Shown: in pieces, positions 7,834 through 17,055 of the stretch | Layout: each line of letters begins with the position of its first letter | Numbering within the stretch: the first letter of the stretch is position 1 | Source of the DNA: an uncultured Verrucomicrobiota bacterium | Lineage (GTDB): Bacteria > Verrucomicrobiota > Verrucomicrobiia > Limisphaerales > CAZIFU01 | Assembly (NCBI GenBank): GCA_964539075.1 | Contig: CAZIFU010000287.1 | Coordinates: forward strand, 15,134-79,133 | Direction of reading: 5' to 3' | DNA: 64,000 nucleotides | Made by a program: the position numbers and the translations under genes | Notes under the pieces: model-generated | Told to the model about the DNA's origin: nothing | What the model saw: the letters and a program-made list of their open reading frames with translations, nothing else | Databases searched by the model: none

Positions 7834-9417
7834 TTACATCCCATCCCGCAGAATCTCCCGCGCGGCGTTGTAGCCGCACGCGCCCATCACGCCGCCGCCC
7901 GGATGCGTGGCCGCTCCGCACAGGTAAAGACCGCGGACCGGCGTGCGATAGTTCGCGTAGCCGGGGACCGGCCGCAGGAAAAAGAGCCGGTGCAGGTGCA
8001 TCGCGCCCTGAAAAATGTTGCCGCCGGTCAGGCCATAACGCCGTTCCATGTCGAGCGGCGAAAGCACCTGGCGGGCAATCACCGCGCGGCGGAAGTTCGG
8101 CGCGTACTCGTTGAGGATGTCGAAGCACCGGTCGGCGAATTTTTCCTTCACGTCATCCCAGCTCGCGCCGCGCAGGTCCGTCGGCGCATACTGGACGAAC
8201 AGGGACATGAGATGTTTGCCCGGCGGCGCGACCGTCGGGTCCACCACGGACGGGATCGTGCCTTCCAGGATCGGGGATTCCGAAGGGCGGCCATATTTCG
8301 CGTCGTCGTAAGCGCGCTCGAGGTAGTCGAACGTGGGCGAGATATGGATCGTGCCGCGATGCTGCGGGCCGGCTTCCCTGCCCGGCAACGCCTTGAAGTC
8401 CGGCAGTTCGCCGAGCGCCACGTTGATTTTGAGCGAGGGGCTGGTGTAATCAATTCCGCGCACGGACTCGACGAAGTCGCCCGGCAGTTCGGCCGGGTCC
8501 ATCAGCTTGAGGAATGTGACATGGGCGTCGGCATTCGACACAACGGCGCCAGCGCGCAGCTCGGTTCCGTCTTCGAGCACGACGCCGGCCGCACGGCCGC
8601 GCTCGACGAGAATTGTTTTCACCGGCGCGTTGCAGCGAATCTCCGCGCCGCGCTCGCGCGCCGCCGCGGCCAGCGCGTTGCTGATGCCGCCCATGCCGCC
8701 GCGCACGTACCCCCAGACGCCGCGCGCGCCGTTGCACTCACCCATGACGTGGTGAAAAAGCACGTAGGCCGTGCCTGGCATGGACGGCGAGGCCATCGCG
8801 CCGATGATCGCGTCGGTGGCCAGCGTGACTTTGAGTTGTTCGGACTCGAACCAGCGGTCGAGAATGGGCCGCGCGGCGCCGGTGAGGATTTCGATCGCCT
8901 GCGCGCCGTCGCGGCCGAGTTTGCGGAAGCGCCAGGCCAGCCGGGCGAGTTGCGCCAGGTCGCGCCACCGTCCCGACCACGGGTCGGGCGGCGTCTGCAG
9001 GAGCGTCGGCTCGATGAAATCGGCCACGCGTTCGAGCATTTTTTCGTAACGGGGCAGCGCCGCGGCGTCCTTCGCGGAAAATTTGCTGATCTCGCGCCGG
9101 TTCAAGTCCGCGTCCGGTCCGAGCAACAGGTGACGGCCATCGGGGAACGGCGTGAACGAGGAAGGATTGCGCGGCAGCAGCTCGTAGCCGTGGCGCGGGA
9201 GATCGAGGTCGCGGATGATTTCGGGCCGCAACAGGCTGTTCACGTAGGCGGCGGTGGAGACTTTGAAGCCGGGCCAGATTTCCTCCGTCACGCAGGCGCC
9301 GCCGACCAGTTCGCGCCGTTCCAGCACGAGCACGCGCCGGCCCGCGCGGGCCAGGTAGGCCGCCGTCACCAGTCCGTTGTGCCCCGCGCCGATGATGAGA
9401 ATGTCGTAGTGAGCCAT
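7834..9417 (-). CDS. NAD(P)/FAD-dependent oxidoreductase, phytoene desaturase/PYROXD2-like
   Basis: IIGAGHNGLVTAAYLA, VLERR, C-terminal LYLCGAATHPGGGVMG. Confidence 0.9.
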   Translation of the reverse strand: MAHYDILIIGAGHNGLVTAAYLARAGRRVLVLERRELVGGACVTEEIWPGFKVSTAAYVNSLLRPEIIRDLDLPRHGYELLPRNPSSFTPFPDGRHLLLGPDADLNRREISKFSAKDAAALPRYEKMLERVADFIEPTLLQTPPDPWSGRWRDLAQLARLAWRFRKLGRDGAQAIEILTGAARPILDRWFESEQLKVTLATDAIIGAMASPSMPGTAYVLFHHVMGECNGARGVWGYVRGGMGGISNALAAAARERGAEIRCNAPVKTILVERGRAAGVVLEDGTELRAGAVVSNADAHVTFLKLMDPAELPGDFVESVRGIDYTSPSLKINVALGELPDFKALPGREAGPQHRGTIHISPTFDYLERAYDDAKYGRPSESPILEGTIPSVVDPTVAPPGKHLMSLFVQYAPTDLRGASWDDVKEKFADRCFDILNEYAPNFRRAVIARQVLSPLDMERRYGLTGGNIFQGAMHLHRLFFLRPVPGYANYRTPVRGLYLCGAATHPGGGVMGACGYNAAREILRDGM

Positions 9418-9553
9418 GACCACGGCCATCCAACCAGAACTGCGCGTAAAAACGAAGGAGGATTCGTACAAGCCGGCAGGGAACGGCGGGGAACGGTTGA
9501 CTTTCGCGGTTTCTCCCGTAGCGTCGCTCGCAAGTTGCGCCGCCGCGCCCGAC

Positions 9554-11656
9554 ATGAGAACATTTTGCTGCTGCGTCCTGTCAAGTTTGCTTACCATGAG
9601 TTGCGTTACCTTGCTCGAAACCCAACCACCCCGTCCGCCCGTCGCGAAGAAAATCCCCAAAGTGGACGTGCTGCACGGCGAGCGGCGCGTGGACGATTAC
9701 TTCTGGCTGCGCGAGAAGACCAATCCGGCGGTGCTGGCCTACCTCAAGGCGGAAAACGCCTACACCGCCCGCATCATGAAGCCGACGCAAAAGTTTCAGC
9801 AGGCGCTCTACAAAGAAATGCTTGGCCACATCAAGGAGACCGACCTCTCGGTGCCGTTCCGCTACGGCGGCTTCTGGTATTATTCGCGGACGGAGAAGGG
9901 CAAACAGTATCCGATCCTCTGCCGCAAGCGGGGCAGCCTCGACGCAACTGAAGAGGTCACGCTGGACTTGAACCAGCTCGCGCGCGGCCGGAAATTCCTC
10001 GCGCTCGGCGTTTATGAGGTCAGCGACGATGGCAACCTGCTGGCCTACTCGATTGATACGACCGGCTTTCGCGAGTACACGCTTTATGTCAAGGACCTCC
10101 GCACGGGAAAGCCCGGTCCGGAGAAGATTCCGAAGACCGGCTCAGTCGCGTGGGCGGCGGACAACCTCACGTTCTTCTACACGGTCGAAGATGAAGCCAA
10201 GCGCCAGTACCGGCTCTTTCGACATCGCCTTGGCGCGGCAAAGGACGAGTTGATCTTCGAGGAGAAGGACGAGTTGTTCGACATTGCGGTGGATCGTTCG
10301 CGCAGCAAGGTGTTTCTCTTTCTCGCCTCCACCAGCAAGACGACCACCGAGTTTCGCTACCTGGCCGCGGCCGGGCCGGACGCGGCCTGGCAGATCGTCG
10401 CGCCGCGCGAGCACGACCACGAATACGACGTGGACCATCACGGCGACAAGTTTTACATCCGGTCAAACAAAGGCGGGCGAAACTTCCAGCTCGTCACCGC
10501 GCCCATCGCTGACCCGCGTCCGGCGAACTGGACCGTGCTCGTGCCGCATCGCACGAACGTCATGATCGAGGGTGTGGAGCTGTTTGCCTCGCACTGCGTC
10601 CTGCTCGAACGCGAGAACGCCCTGCCGCGCGTGACAATTACCGACCTGAACGGCGGCGCTTCGCAGCGCATCGAGTTCCCCGAGCCGGCTTACGAAGTCG
10701 AGCCGGAGAACAATCCTGAATGGGAGACGACCGCGTTTCGTTACGCCTACCAATCCTTCGTCACGCCGCAGTCGGTCTATGACTACGACCGGGCAACGCA
10801 CACCGCGAAACTGCTCAAACGAACCGAGGTGCCACACTACGACGCGGCGCAGTACGAGAGCGAGCGCATCTTCGCTACGGCGAGCGACGGCACGCGCATC
10901 CCGATCTCGCTGGTTTATAGAAAGGGTTTCAAGCACGACGGCTCCGCGCCGCTGTCGCTCGATGGCTACGGCTCCTATGGCATCGTGAATGACGTGCGGT
11001 TTTCCGCGAGCCGGCTGGCGTTGCTCGACCGTGGCGTTGTGTTCGCGCAGGCGCACATCCGCGGTGGCGGCGAGCTGGGCAAGCTCTGGCACGACCAGGG
11101 CCGGATGATGAACAAGAAGAACACGTTCACCGACTTCATCGCGGCGGCGGAATTTTTGCTCGCGGAGAAATACACGGCCAGGGACCGGTTGATCATCACG
11201 GGTGGCAGCGCGGGCGGGCTGCTCATGGGCGCGGTGATGAACCTGCGGCCGGACTTGTTCAAGGCGGTCGTGACGCGCGTGCCGTTTGTGGATGTGATCA
11301 ACACGATGCTCGACGAGACGCTGCCGTTGACCGTCACCGAGTTCGAGGAGTGGGGCAATCCGAAGAAGAAAGACGAGTACGACTATCTCAAAACTTACAG
11401 CCCGTACGACAATCTCCGGCCCGCCGCGTATCCGGCGATGCTCGTGAAGACTTCGATCAACGACAGCCAGGTGATGTATTGGGAGCCGGCCAAATTCGTG
11501 GCCCGGCTGCGGGCGCTCAAGACCGACGCCAACCCGCTGCTGTTGCAGATCAATCTGCACGCCGGCCACGGCGGCAGTTCGGGCCGCTATGATTACCTGA
11601 AGGAGATCGCGTTCAACTACGCGTTCATCCTGGATCAGGCCGGCATCCACCAGTGA
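9554..11656 (+). CDS. ptrB: Oligopeptidase B (S9A)
   Basis: DDYFWLR, GGSAGG catalytic Ser motif, DSQVMYWEPAKF, AGHGG. Confidence 0.92.
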   Translation: MRTFCCCVLSSLLTMSCVTLLETQPPRPPVAKKIPKVDVLHGERRVDDYFWLREKTNPAVLAYLKAENAYTARIMKPTQKFQQALYKEMLGHIKETDLSVPFRYGGFWYYSRTEKGKQYPILCRKRGSLDATEEVTLDLNQLARGRKFLALGVYEVSDDGNLLAYSIDTTGFREYTLYVKDLRTGKPGPEKIPKTGSVAWAADNLTFFYTVEDEAKRQYRLFRHRLGAAKDELIFEEKDELFDIAVDRSRSKVFLFLASTSKTTTEFRYLAAAGPDAAWQIVAPREHDHEYDVDHHGDKFYIRSNKGGRNFQLVTAPIADPRPANWTVLVPHRTNVMIEGVELFASHCVLLERENALPRVTITDLNGGASQRIEFPEPAYEVEPENNPEWETTAFRYAYQSFVTPQSVYDYDRATHTAKLLKRTEVPHYDAAQYESERIFATASDGTRIPISLVYRKGFKHDGSAPLSLDGYGSYGIVNDVRFSASRLALLDRGVVFAQAHIRGGGELGKLWHDQGRMMNKKNTFTDFIAAAEFLLAEKYTARDRLIITGGSAGGLLMGAVMNLRPDLFKAVVTRVPFVDVINTMLDETLPLTVTEFEEWGNPKKKDEYDYLKTYSPYDNLRPAAYPAMLVKTSINDSQVMYWEPAKFVARLRALKTDANPLLLQINLHAGHGGSSGRYDYLKEIAFNYAFILDQAGIHQ

Positions 11657-11838
11657 CCGTGCAAGGCGCTGACACGATCCAATGCCCGTTCTGCGGCCAG
11701 CGCTGCGAGCTGGTCATTGACACCAGTATCGCCTCGCAACGATTCACGACGGACTGCGAAGTGTGCTGCCGGCCGTTCGAGGTAATCGCCGAGTGTGAAG
11801 AAGGCGAGGTGGTGAGCCTGGAAGCGCGTGCGGGTTAA
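11653..11838 (+). CDS. CPXCG-motif cysteine-rich protein
   Basis: CPFCG...DCEVCCRP; GTGA overlap with ptrB stop. Confidence 0.85.
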   Translation: MTVQGADTIQCPFCGQRCELVIDTSIASQRFTTDCEVCCRPFEVIAECEEGEVVSLEARAG

Positions 11839-11875
11839 TTGACTGGAAAAAGAACGCCGCGCGGCGGAGCCGCAA

Positions 11876-11965
11876 CCAAAAACATTGAACACTGGACATC
11901 CAACATCCAACATCGAACGCCGGACTTCGAAGTTCCCGTGCGCCAGTCAGTTCGATGTTCGATGG
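11876..11965. repeat. Heptamer-tandem hairpin
   Basis: (CCAACAT)n-like arm and ttcgatg/ttcgatg inverted arm. Confidence 0.65.
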
Positions 11966-12077
11966 GAAAATCGTCGCGGTGCGCGACGATTTAGACGGAT
12001 GCGACTGCAGAGATGAAAGGCCGTGAATTCATTTCTTTGTGTTCTTTGCGTTCTTTTGCGGCTATTTTCCAAACCTG

Positions 12078-12374
12078 ATGACACCCAACTTGATTCTCTG
12101 GATTTACGTGGCGTTGCTCGTGGTCGGCGGGTTGATGGGCCTTCTGAAAGCCGGCAGCAAGGTTTCGTTGATCATGTCGGTCGCGTTTGCCGTGCCGATT
12201 GCACTCGAAGCGGCGGGCGTGCTGCACGTCGCGCACCTCGCCGACATTCTGATCGGCGCGCTGCTGGTCGTCTTCGGCATCCGCTTCGCGAAGGGCAAAA
12301 AGTTCATGCCCGCCGGCTTGATGGTGATCGTCTCGGCCGCCGCCCTGGTGCTGCGGCTCGTCGTGTTGAAGTGA
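12078..12374 (+). CDS. TMEM14-family membrane protein
   Basis: GGLMGLLKAGSKVSL and RFAKGKKFMPAGL motifs. Confidence 0.85.
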   Translation: MTPNLILWIYVALLVVGGLMGLLKAGSKVSLIMSVAFAVPIALEAAGVLHVAHLADILIGALLVVFGIRFAKGKKFMPAGLMVIVSAAALVLRLVVLK

Positions 12375-12395
12375 GTTCCTTTCCGCTTCTTCGTT

Positions 12396-15194
12396 GTGGC
12401 TGAGCGCTCGCTTCCCATCTGGCAGCTTCATGCCGGCATCCTCGGCCATCTGAAAACCGGCAATCGCCTCGTGCTCGTCGCACCGACCGGTTCCGGCAAG
12501 ACCACGCAAGTGCCGCAGATGCTTCTCGACGCCGGCTTCGCTGGCGGAAATCCGAAATCCGAAATCCGAAATCCGAAACGGATTGTGGTGCTTCAGCCGC
12601 GACGGGTCGCCGCCCGCACCGTGGCCGCGCGCGTCGCGTGGGAGCGCGGTTGCAAACTGGGCAAGGAGGTCGGCTACCAGATTCGTTTTGACGATCAGAC
12701 CAGTCTCGGCACGCGCATTTGCTATGTGACGGAGGGGATTCTGCTCCGCTGGCTCCAGGACGACCGCGCGTTGCCGGACGTGGGCGTGATTTTGTTTGAT
12801 GAGTTTCATGAACGCAATTTGTTCAGTGACGTCGCGCTTGCGCTGGTGAAGCAGCTTCAGCAAACACAGCGGCCGGACCTGAAAATGGTCGTCATGTCCG
12901 CCACACTCGATGCCGAGCCGGTAGCGGATTATTTGGCGTTCGGGCATCCACCTTCCGGCGGCCCAACGGTAAAACCGCCTGAAGGCGGAACTCCAAACAC
13001 GGCCTGCCCGATTCTTATCTCCGAAGGCATCAGCTTCCCGGTGGAGATCCGTTACCTCGATCACCAGGACGAGCGGCCCATCACCGAGCAGGCGGCCGAT
13101 GGTGTCGAGGCCATCATCAACGCGGGCGAACCGGGGGACATCCTCGTCTTCATGCCGGGGATGGGCGAGATCAACGCCACGATCAACGCCCTGCGCGCCG
13201 CACGACTGATTGAACGCGTGGCGTTCATCCCGTTGCACGGCGATCTCCCGCCGGAGGAACAGGACCTGGCCTTCGCACAGAATCCGTTGCGCAAGGTGGT
13301 GGTCGCCACCAACGTGGCTGAAACGTCCGTCACCATTGACGGCATCCGGCACGTGGTGGACAGCGGTCTGGCGCGCGTGGCCCGCTACGACATCGAGCGC
13401 GGCATCGGCACGTTGTTCCTCGAGGACATCAGCCGCGCCTCGGCGGACCAGCGCAAGGGCCGGGCGGGCCGCACGGCGCCGGGCATGTGCCATCGGCTCT
13501 GGACCGCGAGCGGCCAGTTGAACCGCCCGGAGCGCAACACTCCGGAAATCCAACGCAGCGATCTGGCGGAGGTGGTGTTGCTGCTGCATTCGCTCGGCAT
13601 CAAGCGCGCCGCCGGGTTCGACTGGCTCGACAAGCCGGACCCACTGGCCGTCGAGCGGGCGGAGAAGCTGTTGCGGACGCTTGGAGCCTTACGAGCTTCG
13701 ATGCACACACCCCTCACGCGCTCTTCTGACAGCCCCCTCACCCCATCCCTCTCCCCCTCGGAGGGGGAGACGGTGCCCGCAGAGCGGGTGAGCGGTGAAA
13801 CCACCGACCTCACCCCCATCGGCCGCCAAATGCTCCGTTTGCCGATGCATCCGCGTTACTCGCGAATGCTGGTCGAGGCGTCGCGACGCGGCTGCGCGCC
13901 GGCGGCCGCCTTGTGCGCGGCGCTGGTGAGCGGCCGCGATTTGCTCCAGCGCGTGCGCCGGGAGGACCAGCACATCGCCGAAGCGCGCGAATTGTTCGAG
14001 GCCAGCCAGGACTCTGATTTTTTCACACTGATGCGGGCGTATCAGTTTGCGAAAAATTCCAACTTCAGCGTCGAGCGCTGCCGTCGCCACGGCATCAACG
14101 CGCAGGTGGCGCGGCAGGTGGAGCAGACGTTCGGGCAAATTCTCCAGATCGCGCAGCAACAGAAGCTGGTTCGGGGCCGGGAATCGGGGGACGAGGGCGA
14201 AGAACCTCCAACGTCCAACGTCCAACGTCCAAAGCCGGATGATGACGTCTTGCTGCGGTGCATCGTCGCGGGATTCGTTGACCAGCTTTGCCTGCGGCGC
14301 GATCAAGGGACGCTCGAATGCGATCTGACCGAAGGCCGGCACGGCACATTGATGCGCGAGAGCGTGGTGCAGAGCGCGCCCCTGTTTGTGGCGGCGACGG
14401 TTCGCGAAGTGACCGGGCGCGGCCCCGAGAACCTTACGTTGCTCGGTCTGGCGACGGCGGTGAAGCGCGCGTGGCTGGAAGAGATGTTTCCGGACCAGTT
14501 GAGCGCTCGCGTCGAGCACCTGTTCGACCGCACGCACAAACGTGTCGCCGGCGTGAAACTTGTGCGGTTCCACGACCTGGTCATTCATCACGAGCACCAG
14601 AGCGAAGTCGTGCCGGCGGCGGCGGGGCGCTCCCTGGCGGACGCCTATCACAAGGGCTATTTCGAACTGCCGCTGTTCAACCACGAAATAAAGCAATTCA
14701 TCGCCCGCGTGAACCTGGTCTGCGCGGCAAGGCCGGTACTGGAATTTCCGCGGTTTGACGAAACGGCGATCGCAGCGTGCCTGGCGCGGGCGTTCGCCGG
14801 GTTGACGCTGGTGAAGGAAGCGCAGGCCACGCATCTGAAGGAATCCTTCGCCGCGCACCTGGCCCCGGAGCAAGTCGGCTGGCTGGACGAACTCGCGCCG
14901 GCGGCGGTTCCCTGGCCCGGCGGCCGCAAGGTGAAGCTGCTCTACTCCGAGGACGCGGAGGCGGCGAAGAGCGAGGCGATTTCCCCGGAGGCGCAGGTGA
15001 AGTTGCTCGAGTGTTTCGAGCTCTCGGAGCATCCGCGCGTGTGCGAGGGCGCGATGCCGGTGAAACTCTGGCTGTGCGCGCCGGATGGAAAACGCCTGGA
15101 GTCCACGCTCGACTGGCCGGCCTGGAAGGCGGCGCAGTATCCGAAGCTCAAGCCGGCGTTGCTGAGGAAATATCCCGGCTTTACGTGGCGATAG
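12396..15194 (+). CDS. hrpB: ATP-dependent RNA helicase HrpB with four in-frame repeat inserts
   Basis: APTGSGKTT, DEFHER, MSAT, ATNVAETSVTIDG, QRKGRAGR; inserts near 12547, 12938, 13706, 14180. Confidence 0.92.
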   Translation: MAERSLPIWQLHAGILGHLKTGNRLVLVAPTGSGKTTQVPQMLLDAGFAGGNPKSEIRNPKRIVVLQPRRVAARTVAARVAWERGCKLGKEVGYQIRFDDQTSLGTRICYVTEGILLRWLQDDRALPDVGVILFDEFHERNLFSDVALALVKQLQQTQRPDLKMVVMSATLDAEPVADYLAFGHPPSGGPTVKPPEGGTPNTACPILISEGISFPVEIRYLDHQDERPITEQAADGVEAIINAGEPGDILVFMPGMGEINATINALRAARLIERVAFIPLHGDLPPEEQDLAFAQNPLRKVVVATNVAETSVTIDGIRHVVDSGLARVARYDIERGIGTLFLEDISRASADQRKGRAGRTAPGMCHRLWTASGQLNRPERNTPEIQRSDLAEVVLLLHSLGIKRAAGFDWLDKPDPLAVERAEKLLRTLGALRASMHTPLTRSSDSPLTPSLSPSEGETVPAERVSGETTDLTPIGRQMLRLPMHPRYSRMLVEASRRGCAPAAALCAALVSGRDLLQRVRREDQHIAEARELFEASQDSDFFTLMRAYQFAKNSNFSVERCRRHGINAQVARQVEQTFGQILQIAQQQKLVRGRESGDEGEEPPTSNVQRPKPDDDVLLRCIVAGFVDQLCLRRDQGTLECDLTEGRHGTLMRESVVQSAPLFVAATVREVTGRGPENLTLLGLATAVKRAWLEEMFPDQLSARVEHLFDRTHKRVAGVKLVRFHDLVIHHEHQSEVVPAAAGRSLADAYHKGYFELPLFNHEIKQFIARVNLVCAARPVLEFPRFDETAIAACLARAFAGLTLVKEAQATHLKESFAAHLAPEQVGWLDELAPAAVPWPGGRKVKLLYSEDAEAAKSEAISPEAQVKLLECFELSEHPRVCEGAMPVKLWLCAPDGKRLESTLDWPAWKAAQYPKLKPALLRKYPGFTWR

Positions 15195-15456
15195 GAGTGC
15201 AGGCACCCGTGCCTTCGCCCGGAAAGCTTCGAGTTCTTGTTCTTGCGGTTTCCCAAACTTTGTCGCATATGCGACGAAGTTTTGAAGCGCGTGGAGGCTT
15301 CGCATATTCGAAACTCAAGCGGACGTTGCTGATAAACATCCCGACTTTACGTGGCAGTAGGAACGCTGGCAGCTGTTCTCACGCTTGAACGTTTCAAGTT
15401 TTTGTTCGAGGGGTTATCCCAAACTTTGTCGCATATGCGACAAAGTTTGGGAGCGC
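15134..15456. repeat. 166-bp-period tandem duplication of the hrpB 3' end plus palindrome
   Basis: Stop-equivalent TAG at 15194 and 15360; TCCCAAACTTTGTCGCATATGCGAC at 15251 and 15417; perfect 36-bp palindrome at 15417-15452. Confidence 0.85.
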
Positions 15457-15513
15457 GTGAGGGCGTGAAACCCTTGTATTCGCGGGACGGCGGCCTGCGC
15501 TCCAATGCGGCGG

Positions 15514-16422
15514 TTACTTTTTGGGCGCTTTCTTCGGCTCCGCTTTTTTCGCGTCGGCTTTACCGGGTTTCTCGTAGGAGACGTTGATGTCCATCCTGCC
15601 TTTCCAGGTGTCGGGCACCGGTTGGCCGAGCGTCCAGTAGACGGCATTGAGCACGAGTCGCTGGAAGGGTTCCACGCTGAAGTCTTCGGGGTGGCCCAGC
15701 GTGGTGAAGAAAATGCGGCCGCCGAATTTGTTTTTCCAGGTCCAGGCCACCGGGTTGTCGGGGGCGGGCTTGTTGGGATCAACGGCTTTGCCCGACAACA
15801 GCCGCGTGGCATCGGCGGGCGGCCATTTGGGCAGGACCTGGTAAAGCCAGGAGCGGACGTGAAACGACCCGGTGGCGCCTTTCAGGATTGGCTCCTTCGC
15901 CGCCGCCGGAATGATCGAGACATCCGTGCTGCATTGATGGCCGTAATGCGTGTGGCCGTCGGCGCCCCAGCCGGGCGGCGCGCCGAAGGCTTCCGCGGCC
16001 CAGCCGTTCCATTTTTCCAACGGATCACCTTCGGGATATTTGAAGGAGTGCGAGCTGGTGCGAAAGCCGATCATCGGTCTGCCGGATTTTGCATAAGCCT
16101 CGACGTGCTGGATCTGCTGGGCGGGCAACGCGCGCCAGCGTAAAAAGAAAATGGCGAGGTCGGCGGTATCGAGCGCTTCAAGGCCGGGAATGTCATTGCC
16201 GGCTTCATCGGGAACGGATTTGAGGACGGTCGTCTTGAAACCGTACTGGGTTGACAGCGCCTGGGCGAGCAAGGGCATCGTCCGTTCCGAACCGTATTCG
16301 TGGTCGCCGACGATGAAGACAATGTGTGGGGGTGGGGCGGCTTTCGCCGATGTTGCCGTCAAGCCGGCCAGCAGCAGGAGCGCGAGCAGGCCAGCGGTGA
16401 CAAGGTGGGGCAAAGTTTTCAT
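15514..16422 (-). CDS. ThuA-like domain protein (secreted)
   Basis: Signal peptide; GDHEY, GFRTSSH, PVAWT, FFTTLGHPEDF. Confidence 0.85.
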   Translation of the reverse strand: MKTLPHLVTAGLLALLLLAGLTATSAKAAPPPHIVFIVGDHEYGSERTMPLLAQALSTQYGFKTTVLKSVPDEAGNDIPGLEALDTADLAIFFLRWRALPAQQIQHVEAYAKSGRPMIGFRTSSHSFKYPEGDPLEKWNGWAAEAFGAPPGWGADGHTHYGHQCSTDVSIIPAAAKEPILKGATGSFHVRSWLYQVLPKWPPADATRLLSGKAVDPNKPAPDNPVAWTWKNKFGGRIFFTTLGHPEDFSVEPFQRLVLNAVYWTLGQPVPDTWKGRMDINVSYEKPGKADAKKAEPKKAPKK

Positions 16423-16524
16423 CGGATTCTCAGTTGGTGTGAGCGGACAACATCCATTTCCTCCCGCTATCGTAAAGGGGGAAAATTCCAACCGCGTGCG
16501 ATGGCATGGCGAGGCCGGATCCGG

Positions 16525-16827
16525 TCAGACCTCGAAATCGAACACGATGGCGGACTCGATTTGCGCCAGAAACAATGCCTTCACGCGTTCATGTTCGGGA
16601 TGCGGCAGGTACTCGTCGCGCGCCGCCACATCCCTGAACGTCATCACCAGGCCGTGGGTGTACCCCCCGCTGAGGCCCTCGGTGCTGATGTTGGCGCCGG
16701 CGACGTAATCCTCGATGCCCGGGAAGGATTCGGTCAATTCGAGGAGTTCATTGAACAGTTGGTCAATCTGTTCAGTGCTGGTGCCTTCTTTGAACTTGAC
16801 CAGAACAACGTGCTTGATTTTTGTCAT
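16525..16827 (-). CDS. Dabb / stress-responsive alpha-beta barrel protein
   Basis: IKHVVLVKFK, GYTHGLVMTF, YLPHPEH, FDFE. Confidence 0.9.
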   Translation of the reverse strand: MTKIKHVVLVKFKEGTSTEQIDQLFNELLELTESFPGIEDYVAGANISTEGLSGGYTHGLVMTFRDVAARDEYLPHPEHERVKALFLAQIESAIVFDFEV

Positions 16828-17055
16828 AAAAACGATTTTCGCCTGAGTTCGTCGCTAAATTTCGGAGTTTCCCAACCCGCGCCGCCGCCATGATGCCGAG
16901 GGCGACTTCGACTGCGGGCTTCTTCCAGCCAGCCAGCGTGATGACGTTCATGGCCTCATAATGGCCGTTCGCGGGGCAATGTCAAACTTCGCGGGAAAAA
17001 TTATTCAGCCATTCGCAGCGGCCTGCGCCAGCGCTTTCAGCCTTTTTCCGGGAGG

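Noticed and set aside
16830-17050. Possible small ORF or riboswitch between the Dabb gene and the spermidine synthase-like gene
   Set aside because: No convincing RBS, motif or RNA structure could be supported by eye.
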